Assembly: GCA_964519795.1 (NCBI GenBank)
Contig: CAZFKW010000004.1
Location: forward strand, 1 to 25,065
Length of the DNA: 25,065 nucleotides
Reading direction: 5' to 3'
Origin: an uncultured Ramlibacter sp.
GTDB lineage: Bacteria > Pseudomonadota > Gammaproteobacteria > Burkholderiales > Burkholderiaceae_C
In this document: positions 8,827 through 16,330 of the stretch, in pieces
How positions within the stretch are numbered: position 1 is the first letter of the stretch
Layout: every line of letters starts with the position of its first letter
Translations under genes and position numbers: made by a program
The notes under the pieces: model-generated
The model's input: only the letters and a program-made list of their open reading frames with translations
Database searches by the model: none
What the model was told of the DNA's origin: nothing

Positions 8827-9992
8827 GCATCAAGGGACAGGCCTTTATCGCAGGCGCCTTCGAGCACCCGACCCGCCACGCCCCGGACAAGTCCGTCGCC
8901 CAGCTCCACGCCGAATGCGCGCGCGGCGCGCTGGCCGATGCCGGGCTGGACAAGAATGACATCGACGGCTACTTCTGCGCCGGCGACGCGCCCGGGCTTG
9001 GCGCCTCGTCCATGGCAGATTACATGAACCTGCGGCTGCGCCACATCGACAACACGGACACTGGCGGCAGCTCCTACCTGATCCATGTGGCGCATGCGGC
9101 GCAGGCGATCGCGGCAGGCAAATGCAATGTCGCGCTGATCACGCTGGCAGGCAGGCCGCGCAGCGAGGGCATGGCTACAGGAACGGCACCGCGCCCCGGC
9201 AACCCGAACCAGCCCGACCTGGAGTGGGAGCTGCCCTACGCACCGGCGACAGTCAACATGTATGCCATGGCTGCGATGCGGCACATGCACGAGTTCGGCA
9301 CAACGAGTGAACAGCTGGCATGGGTCAAGGTAGCCGCCTCGCATCATGCCCAACACAACCCGAACGCCATGCTGCGGGACGTGCTCACCGTTGACCAGGT
9401 GGTCGCCTCGCCCATGGTGGCCGACCCCTTGCACCGGCTCGACTGCTGCGTGATCAGCGACGGTGGCGGAGCACTGCTGGTAGTCAGGCCGGAGATTGCG
9501 AGGAGCCTCAAGCGGCCCCTGGTCCGGGTGCTGGGCGCCGGGGAAGCCATCAAGGGGCAGTTCGGCGGTGACGTGGATCTCACCTATTCCGGCGCGGCAT
9601 GGTCGGGACCGGCAGCGTTCAGCGAGGCCGGCGTGACACCACAGGACATCCAGTACGCATCGATCTACGACAGCTTCACCATCACGGTTCTGATGCAGCT
9701 GGAAGACCTGGGCTTCTGCAGGAAGGGCGAAGGCGGCCGCTTCGTGGCCGACGGCAACCTCATCTCCGGCACTGGCCGCCTGCCCGTCAACACTGATGGC
9801 GGCGGCCTGTGCAACAACCATCCGGGCAACCGTGGCGGCATGACCAAGGTGATCGAGGCGGTGCGCCAGTTGCGGGGAGAAGCCCATGCGGCTGTGCAGG
9901 TACCCAACTGCGCACTGGCACTCGCCCAGGGAACCGGCGGCTCGCTGGGCACGCGCCACGGCAGTGCCACCCTGATCATGGAAAGGGTCTGA
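8823..9992 (+). CDS. Thiolase-fold protein, SCP-x/Ltp2-like, lacking the nucleophilic Cys
   Basis: DTGGSS in place of the CxS motif, plus LDCCVISDGG, IYDSFT, NTDGGGL and EAVRQLRG. ATGA overlap with the racemase stop. Confidence 0.92.
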   Translation: MSIKGQAFIAGAFEHPTRHAPDKSVAQLHAECARGALADAGLDKNDIDGYFCAGDAPGLGASSMADYMNLRLRHIDNTDTGGSSYLIHVAHAAQAIAAGKCNVALITLAGRPRSEGMATGTAPRPGNPNQPDLEWELPYAPATVNMYAMAAMRHMHEFGTTSEQLAWVKVAASHHAQHNPNAMLRDVLTVDQVVASPMVADPLHRLDCCVISDGGGALLVVRPEIARSLKRPLVRVLGAGEAIKGQFGGDVDLTYSGAAWSGPAAFSEAGVTPQDIQYASIYDSFTITVLMQLEDLGFCRKGEGGRFVADGNLISGTGRLPVNTDGGGLCNNHPGNRGGMTKVIEAVRQLRGEAHAAVQVPNCALALAQGTGGSLGTRHGSATLIMERV

Positions 9993-9993
9993 C

Positions 9994-10404
9994 ATGGAAG
10001 GCAACATTCCCCTGGAAGAGCCGGCGCGCACCATCGCGGCCATCACGCGCCAGCCCGGCATGCAGCGCTTTCAGGACGCTGCCGAACAAGGTGTGTTCCT
10101 GATTCCCCGCTGCAAGGGCTGCGGCCGGCACCACTGGTACCCCCGCCTGCTGTGCCCGTTCTGCTTCAGCGACGACATTGACTGGCAGTCAGCCACCGGC
10201 AACGGCACGGTCTACAGCTGGACGGTCATGCGCCGGGCAAAGCCTGCGTATGCGATCGCCTATGTCCGGATGGACGAAGGTCCCGTGGTGATGACGAACA
10301 TCGTGGGCTGTGATCTGGATTCAATCAGCATCGGCATGAGGGTACGCGCCGTGTTCCAGCCCGCTTCCAACGGGCCGCTCGTGCCGATGTTCAAACCCGC
10401 CTGA
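9994..10404 (+). CDS. DUF35 family Zn-ribbon/OB-fold protein (thiolase partner)
   Basis: CKGC..YPRLLCPFC zinc ribbon, G.GTVYSWTV, and EGPVVMTNIV..IGMRVRAVF. Starts 1 nt after the thiolase stop. Confidence 0.93.
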   Translation: MEGNIPLEEPARTIAAITRQPGMQRFQDAAEQGVFLIPRCKGCGRHHWYPRLLCPFCFSDDIDWQSATGNGTVYSWTVMRRAKPAYAIAYVRMDEGPVVMTNIVGCDLDSISIGMRVRAVFQPASNGPLVPMFKPA

Positions 10405-10434
10405 ACCGCCGCCGCCGGCCCGGACCGCTGCAGA

Positions 10435-11418
10435 TCAGGCCAGCGCGCCCGCCTGGCGCTGGAACTGCTCCACGTGGCTGAAGTATTCACGCATGGTGGC
10501 GACGGCACCGCCGGGATCACGGGCACGCAGGCGTGCGACCATCTGCCTGCGCAACGGTGTCAGCTCCGGCTGGTGCATCGAGGCATAAGGCATCACGTCC
10601 GCCTGGGCAGTGACCGTATGGTGCATCAGCGTCCCCAGCGTGTTCGCCACCAGCGCGAGCACGTCGTTGTGGGCTGCGCGGGTGATCAGCGCAAAGTAGT
10701 CCAGGGCGGCCAGTGCCCGCGCGGCCATGTCGCCGCGTTCAGTCTTGGCATCCATTTCGGCCAGGTGCTGATCCATGGCATCAAAGTCCGCTTCCTCACC
10801 ACGCTCACAGGCCAGTTGCAGCAGCAACTCATAGACCCCGGCACGTGCCTCGATCAGCGACTTCAGGGGCAGCTTGCCCTGCGACGCCAGGTCGCGCAAT
10901 GACTGCGCCAGCATCATGTAGGCGCCCTTGTAGAACACCAGCGGGTCCTGCTCGCGCCCGTGCTCGAACCGCTCGACCTTGCCAATGAAGATCACGTGGT
11001 CGCCGGCCTCATGCTGCGCAAATGTCGTGCAGTGAAACCGGGCCACGCAGTCATCAATCAGTGGCATGCCGCCAAATCCCTCGCTGTGCCCGACGCCTTC
11101 AAACTTGTCGGCAATGGCACCGCTGGCAAAGCGTGCGGACAGCTTGCTCTGGTCCTCCGCCAGCACGTTGATGGCGAATCCGCTGCCGCTGCGGAACGCC
11201 TCCATCGACTTGCTCGCATTGCGCAGGCTCCACAGCACCAGCGGCGGGTCCAGGGACACCGAGCTGAACGAGTTGCAGGTCAGGCCTACGGGCTTGCCAT
11301 CAGGCCCGCGCGTCGTGATGATCGCCACGCCGGTCGGAAAGGTTCCCAGCGCCCGGCGGAACCCGGCTGCGTCAAATGGCGGCGTGCCGGTGTGATGGGC
11401 GTCGGGACGTTCAGTCAT
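10435..11418 (-). CDS. Flavin reductase (HpaC/RutF-like) fused to a C-terminal FCD (GntR ligand-binding)-like domain
   Basis: N-terminal half: FRRALGTFPTGV, GLTCNSFSSVSLDPPLVLWS, AGDHVIFIG, PLVFYKGAY. C-terminal half is helical (IEARAGVYELLLQLACER...ITRAAHNDVL...AVATMREYF). ATG 11418 has AAGGAG upstream. Confidence 0.85.
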   Translation of the reverse strand: MTERPDAHHTGTPPFDAAGFRRALGTFPTGVAIITTRGPDGKPVGLTCNSFSSVSLDPPLVLWSLRNASKSMEAFRSGSGFAINVLAEDQSKLSARFASGAIADKFEGVGHSEGFGGMPLIDDCVARFHCTTFAQHEAGDHVIFIGKVERFEHGREQDPLVFYKGAYMMLAQSLRDLASQGKLPLKSLIEARAGVYELLLQLACERGEEADFDAMDQHLAEMDAKTERGDMAARALAALDYFALITRAAHNDVLALVANTLGTLMHHTVTAQADVMPYASMHQPELTPLRRQMVARLRARDPGGAVATMREYFSHVEQFQRQAGALA

Positions 11419-11464
11419 GTATGTCTCCTTGCGGGGCCTTGCAGCACCCTTGCCTGCATCTGCT

Positions 11465-11842
11465 TCAACCGGCGCGGGGGGCACGGCGGAACATCTGCAC
11501 AATATTGCCTTCGGGATCCCGCATCGACAGCACGGCGCCATGGCTGCCCATGTCGCGGATACCGGTGACTTCCCCGCCCGCCTGCCTGACCGATGCCTCG
11601 ATGCCGTCGAAGTCCTCAACCTCAAACACCAGCACGGCGCCCGATTGCGCCGGGCTGGCCTCTTCCAGGCAGGCCAGCGAAAAGCCGGTGACCGCGCCGT
11701 CGCCCGTCGTGTACTGGACCCAGCGATCCGCGTCACGGAACTTCAGGGGCAGGCCCAGCACCGACTCGTAGAAGGCCGACTGCGCAGCCACGTCGCGCGC
11801 TGCCAGGTAGACGTTCTGCAGTTTCCTTACTTTCGCAGTCAT
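11465..11842 (-). CDS. VOC (glyoxalase/bleomycin resistance) family protein
   Basis: AFYESVLGL, LVFEVEDFD and RDPEGNIVQM. ATGA overlap with the MaoC gene stop. Confidence 0.88.
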   Translation of the reverse strand: MTAKVRKLQNVYLAARDVAAQSAFYESVLGLPLKFRDADRWVQYTTGDGAVTGFSLACLEEASPAQSGAVLVFEVEDFDGIEASVRQAGGEVTGIRDMGSHGAVLSMRDPEGNIVQMFRRAPRAG

Positions 11843-12723
11843 GACATCTCCTCCTGCTGCGCCATCCGGGCATGCCCGTGGGACAGGACTTCAACATTTC
11901 GTTCCTTGCACAAGGCGCGAAACACGATTCCGCCTTCGTCACGCCACATATGGGTGACCAGGGTCTCCCCCGGATACATGGGAGCCGCGAAGCGCGCGCC
12001 GATGGCGCCAATCACCAGGGGCGCAAAGCGCTCTTCCATCATTCGCGCTGCAAGGCCGAACGACAGCAGGCCATGGGAGATCGGCCGCTCGAATCCGGCG
12101 ACACGCGCCACCCCGGGATCGGCGTGAAGCAGGTTGTAGTCGCCGTTGAGGCGATACAGCAGTGCCGCCTGCGGGCGGGTTGGCAGTTCCGCAATCTCAT
12201 CCGGCGCCCGTTCAGGGACTGCAGGCGCGCGCGGGGCAGGGGCCGCAGGCGCTGTCGCCTGTGCCGCACCGCCGTCAAAACCGCCATTGCGCCGGCAGAA
12301 TGTCGAACCGGCAATGGTTGCCAACAACTCGCCTGAGGCGGTGTCGTGCAACTGCCGCTCCGTCTGTATGACCGCTCCCTTGCCTTCGCCCTTGTCGAGC
12401 ACGGCCACCACGCGGTTGCGCGAGCGGACTGTACCTTCGGCAGGCAACTGCCGGTGCAACACCAGCCGTTGTTCGCCATGCACCACACCCTTGCGATCCA
12501 CGCCTGTGGCAGGGTTGGCCGTCCAGGGGCCGGGGTGCGCAAGCACCAGCGCCATGGTGGGAAAGGGGCGCAGCCCGTCCTCCAGCACATGGCGCAACTG
12601 GCGCGGATCCACCGGGTCATCGCCAAAGCCGAGGCTGAGCGCATACAGCTGCGTGTCGCGCACGGTATAGCGCTGCACGACCTCGTCAAACGGCCAGTTG
12701 AGCAGGGTGTCGCGATTGATCAT
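11839..12723 (-). CDS. MaoC double-hotdog dehydratase, hydratase-2 (R-specific) type
   Basis: LYALSLG, VVHGEQ, hydratase-2 motif YRLNGDYNLLHADP, PISHGL and PMYPGETL. Start ATG 12723. Confidence 0.93.
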   Translation of the reverse strand: MINRDTLLNWPFDEVVQRYTVRDTQLYALSLGFGDDPVDPRQLRHVLEDGLRPFPTMALVLAHPGPWTANPATGVDRKGVVHGEQRLVLHRQLPAEGTVRSRNRVVAVLDKGEGKGAVIQTERQLHDTASGELLATIAGSTFCRRNGGFDGGAAQATAPAAPAPRAPAVPERAPDEIAELPTRPQAALLYRLNGDYNLLHADPGVARVAGFERPISHGLLSFGLAARMMEERFAPLVIGAIGARFAAPMYPGETLVTHMWRDEGGIVFRALCKERNVEVLSHGHARMAQQEEMS

Positions 12724-12736
12724 GCGCAGCGCCCGC

Positions 12737-13687
12737 TCACTGCGCCTGCCATGGGAACACGTCGCGGGTGCGCTCCAGCGGAACAAAGGACTTCGCCCAT
12801 CCTTCGCCGACCTGCTCGCGCAGGCGATCCATGTTCCAGCCCTCGCTGTTCTGGAGAATCCGCACCGGCCGCGGCTGGCTGTACAGGTACAACTCGTTTC
12901 CGCGAACGCCGATGATCTGGCCGGAGATGTGTCTGGCATCATCGCTGAGCAGGTAGGCCACAACCGGCGCAATCTGCTCCGGCCGGGTGCGGGCACGGCG
13001 TGCTTCCAGATTCTTCGCCTGCTGTTCGGGCGTTGCACCGGGGACGGACTCGATCATGCGGCTGAAGGCACTGGGCGCAACGCAGTTGGATCGCACATTG
13101 AAGCGCGCCATCTCCAGCGACAGCGAGCGCGACATGCCGACGATGCCCATCTTGGCCGCCGCATAGTTGGCCTGCCCGATGCTGCCGATCAGGCCCGAGG
13201 TGGAGGTCATGTGCACAAAAGCGCCGCTCTCCTGCCTGCGGAAGATTTCGGCAGCGGCCCTGCTGACGTAGAAACTGCCCATCAGGTGAACCTTGATGAC
13301 CGCCTCGAAGTCTTCCGGTGCCATCTGGTGGAATATCTTGTCGCGAAGGATGCCGGCGTTGTTGACCACATAGTCCAGCCGGCCAAAGGTCTCCACAGCC
13401 AGCGAGACGATGCTGCGCGCGGATTCCCATTCCGACACGCTGGCGGTACTGGCAACCGCATTGCCGCCAAGGGCCTTGATCTCGCGCACGAGTTCCTCCG
13501 CCGGACCGGTATCTTCGCCCTTGCCGTCCAGGGACACGCCCACGTCGTTGATCACCACACTCGCGCCCTGCTTCACAAGGTACAGGGCGATCTCCCGGCC
13601 GATCCCACGGCCCGAACCGGTGACCACTGCCACCTTGCCATTCATGCCTTGCGCAAGTCCCGCGTCATTTGTCTGTTGCTCTGACAT
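12737..13687 (-). CDS. SDR oxidoreductase resembling the 3-hydroxyacyl-CoA dehydrogenase domain of MFE-2/HSD17B4
   Basis: VTGSGRGIG, VINDVG, NNAGILRD, VHL.GSF, TSTSGLIG, QANYAAAK. ATG 13687 has GGAGA upstream. Confidence 0.92.
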   Translation of the reverse strand: MSEQQTNDAGLAQGMNGKVAVVTGSGRGIGREIALYLVKQGASVVINDVGVSLDGKGEDTGPAEELVREIKALGGNAVASTASVSEWESARSIVSLAVETFGRLDYVVNNAGILRDKIFHQMAPEDFEAVIKVHLMGSFYVSRAAAEIFRRQESGAFVHMTSTSGLIGSIGQANYAAAKMGIVGMSRSLSLEMARFNVRSNCVAPSAFSRMIESVPGATPEQQAKNLEARRARTRPEQIAPVVAYLLSDDARHISGQIIGVRGNELYLYSQPRPVRILQNSEGWNMDRLREQVGEGWAKSFVPLERTRDVFPWQAQ

Positions 13688-13734
13688 CTGCCTGTCTCCA
13701 TTCTGGTAAATAAAAGTAGCCGGGGTCTGCGCCG

Positions 13735-14313
13735 TCAATCCATGACGGCTCTTGCAGCTTGCCGCAACGCCGGACCGGGCTTCGGGGCGCCATCCCCGGC
13801 ACCGGCCTGCCGGTACCTTCGCACCACGCCGGTGAACATCACACGCCCCTGCGCGTCGGTCACGCCCTGGGGCCAGTTCTCGCATTCGAAGGTCGCCCTG
13901 GCGGCCTCCAGCAGGGGCGCTCCGCCCAGGCCGAACTCAAAGGCCAGTGCCGCAAACCTGTCCCGGCCCTGACCCGAAAAGTTGCGAGTCACATTGCCAT
14001 CCACATCTTCCAGGACAAGGTTGAGCGAGACATGCGTTGCGTGCGTGAAAACCTCAAGCCCGGGTGTATCGCCAGGCAGCATCCAGACCAGCGACGGCAT
14101 GGAGGCGCCGGACAGAACCGGCATCCTGCAGCAGCAGGCGCCGACCAGGCTGCCATCCGCACCCTGCGCAGTGGCAACAGCGACCCACTGACCGGTTTGC
14201 CCGAGCGCAAGCGCCATACCGGAGGCGCCGCTCCTGTCGGCGACCCAGTGGCTTGTCATGCCCGGCATCTCGGGCTGTTGTTCGCGCATCGGCGATGGCG
14301 CCCGTGGTGTCAT
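13735..14313 (-). CDS. Divergent flavin-reductase-like (split-barrel) protein
   Basis: The pattern ALG..VAVAT..G..VG..SLVWML..F..A..LNLV..F..DRF..G.PLL..A.ATFEC..F.G.V aligns by eye with flavin reductases, but the key motifs are altered. ATGA overlap with the crotonase stop. Confidence 0.7.
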   Translation of the reverse strand: MTPRAPSPMREQQPEMPGMTSHWVADRSGASGMALALGQTGQWVAVATAQGADGSLVGACCCRMPVLSGASMPSLVWMLPGDTPGLEVFTHATHVSLNLVLEDVDGNVTRNFSGQGRDRFAALAFEFGLGGAPLLEAARATFECENWPQGVTDAQGRVMFTGVVRRYRQAGAGDGAPKPGPALRQAARAVMD

Positions 14314-15107
14314 GTCGGGCTCACCGGCGAAGTCTCAACCCAGGCCGGCGGCCGCTTCGCGCGGAAGGCAGCCATGCCTTCGGCAGCTTCGGCCGTCTTC
14401 ATCGACTCCACCGCAAGTTGCGACGCCAGGCCGATGGCCGCGTCAAACGGCAAACCCCAGGCACTGTCCAGCAATTGCCGGGTCTGTTTCAGGGCCAGCG
14501 GGCCCGCCTTGACGAGACTGACGGCCAGGCCTTCGACATGGGACTCAAGATCCGGTGGGGCGCAGACCTGCTGGACCAGGCCGATGGACAGCGCCTCTGC
14601 AGCGCCAACACTGCGCCCGGTCAGGCACAGGCCCAGCGCAGCGCGCCGCCCGATGGCCTGCATCAGGGAAACAGCCGTGAAAGATGGCGCAATGCCGGCA
14701 CGCGCCTCGGGGATGGAAAAGGAGGCGGCATCCGAGGCGATGGCCATGTCACACCAGCTGGCCAGCGCCACGCCAAGTCCCAGCGCCTTGCCTTCAATGA
14801 CGGCCACCGCTGGAACCGCGCAATGGCGTACAGCATGTGCGAGCCGCACGGCCGGCTGGATGCGCCGGGCGAGCGCGGCATCGTCCTCCCCTTCGTCGGC
14901 ATCAAGCTCGCCCAGGTCGCGGCCGGAGCAGAAGACACCGTGCCGGCCACGCACAAGCACGGCGCGCGCGCCCTGCCTGCCGGCCTCTTCCATGGCGACC
15001 GAGAGCGCAGCGAGCATGGAGTCGTTCAGCGCGTTGCGGCGCGCCGGGTTGTCAATCCAGCAGGTCACGATGCCACGCGCATCGCGCTGGATGTCGAGCA
15101 TCGTCAC
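14310..15107 (-). CDS. Enoyl-CoA hydratase/isomerase (crotonase) family protein
   Basis: RRNALN, FCSGRDL, ALGLG, SIPEARAGIAP, EALSIGLV and EGMAAFRAKRPP. GTG 15107 overlaps the upstream stop (alternative ATG 15101). Confidence 0.93.
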   Translation of the reverse strand: MTMLDIQRDARGIVTCWIDNPARRNALNDSMLAALSVAMEEAGRQGARAVLVRGRHGVFCSGRDLGELDADEGEDDAALARRIQPAVRLAHAVRHCAVPAVAVIEGKALGLGVALASWCDMAIASDAASFSIPEARAGIAPSFTAVSLMQAIGRRAALGLCLTGRSVGAAEALSIGLVQQVCAPPDLESHVEGLAVSLVKAGPLALKQTRQLLDSAWGLPFDAAIGLASQLAVESMKTAEAAEGMAAFRAKRPPAWVETSPVSPT

Positions 15108-16330
15108 ACAACGCCCCTGGCGCGCAGATCGTCAATGGCCGCCTGCCCGAAGCCGGCCTCCTGCAGCACTTCCTGCGAATGCTCTCCCAGGCGCGGCGGA
15201 TGGCGCCCCGAAACGTTCGCGCCCTCGCCCACCTTGAAGGGCGAGCCCAGCAGGCGCGTGGAGCGGCCATCGCCCTTGGCGACCTCGACCACCATGTGGT
15301 TGGCCAGTGACTGCCTGTGCATCAGCGCCTGGTCTATCGTATGCAGCGGCGCTATCGGCACGCCATGTTCTTCGAGCCGGGCCATCCACCAGGCAACGGT
15401 ATTGCTGCCGAAAATCCTGATGAACTCCTGCACGACCTCTTCCCGGCGCGCAAGCCGCCCCGCGTTGGTCGCCAGACCCTCGTCGTTGCCCAGGTCCGGG
15501 CGGTCAACCGCACGGCAGAGCTTGCGCCAAGTGCCGTCGTTCAACGCGCCGGTGAGGACTTCGCCATCCGTGCACCTGAATGCCTGGTAAGGCACCAGGT
15601 GCCACAGGCCCGAGCCTTCGCGGCGGGGCATGGCGCCCGCTTCAAGCCAGCCGACACCGTGGTAACCCAGCAGCGACACCGCCGTCTCCAGCAGCGATAC
15701 CCGCACCGTATTGCCCGCATGCGTCTTCTCGCGCCCCATGAGCGCGGTAAGAACGCCGCAATAGGCCAGGATCCCGGTCGTCATGTCGACAAAGGAAACA
15801 CCTGACCGTATCGGGCCGCCGTCGCGCTCGCCCGTGATCGACATGATCCCGGAGAACGCCTGCAGCAAGGCGTCATACCCCGGCCGGTCGGCAAGATCTC
15901 CATGCGCCCCGAAGGCCGAGATCGTGCTCACCACAAGGCGCGGATGCCGCGCCCTCAGGGCCGCCTCGTCGATCCCGAGGCTTTGCGCAGTACCCGGCAG
16001 GAAGCTGTGGAGCAGCACATCGGCCTGCTCCAGCAGCTTGTCGAGTACGTCGCGCCCCTCCTGCATCTTGAGGTTGATCGTGATGCCGCGCTTGCCACGG
16101 TTCACGCTCATGAAGTTGCAGCTCTCGCCCGTGTCCGTCATGGGCGCCCACTGGCGGTTCTCGTCGCCGGTCGGTGCCTCGATCTTGATCACATCGGCAC
16201 CCATGTCGGCCAGCATCTGGCCACACAATGGACCCGCCAGCACCCGGCTCAGGTCTATGACGCGGATGCCATCGAGCGGGCGCGCGGCGGCTGCAGCGGC
16301 CGCTGCATTCCCGGGAGCCTGGGCGCTCAT
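15104..16330 (-). CDS. Family III CoA-transferase (CaiB/BaiF)
   Basis: LDGIRVIDLSRVLAGP, LADMGADVIKIE, NRGKRGI, GYD, and a catalytic Asp in SFVDMTTG. ATG 16330 overlaps the LLM stop. Confidence 0.95.
   Translation of the reverse strand: MSAQAPGNAAAAAAAARPLDGIRVIDLSRVLAGPLCGQMLADMGADVIKIEAPTGDENRQWAPMTDTGESCNFMSVNRGKRGITINLKMQEGRDVLDKLLEQADVLLHSFLPGTAQSLGIDEAALRARHPRLVVSTISAFGAHGDLADRPGYDALLQAFSGIMSITGERDGGPIRSGVSFVDMTTGILAYCGVLTALMGREKTHAGNTVRVSLLETAVSLLGYHGVGWLEAGAMPRREGSGLWHLVPYQAFRCTDGEVLTGALNDGTWRKLCRAVDRPDLGNDEGLATNAGRLARREEVVQEFIRIFGSNTVAWWMARLEEHGVPIAPLHTIDQALMHRQSLANHMVVEVAKGDGRSTRLLGSPFKVGEGANVSGRHPPRLGEHSQEVLQEAGFGQAAIDDLRARGVV

Noticed and set aside
8823-10404. PhlABC-like acyltransferase or archaeal thiolase/HMG-CoA synthase complex
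   Set aside because: No HMG-CoA synthase-like or type III PKS gene is present, and the thiolase lacks the nucleophilic Cys.
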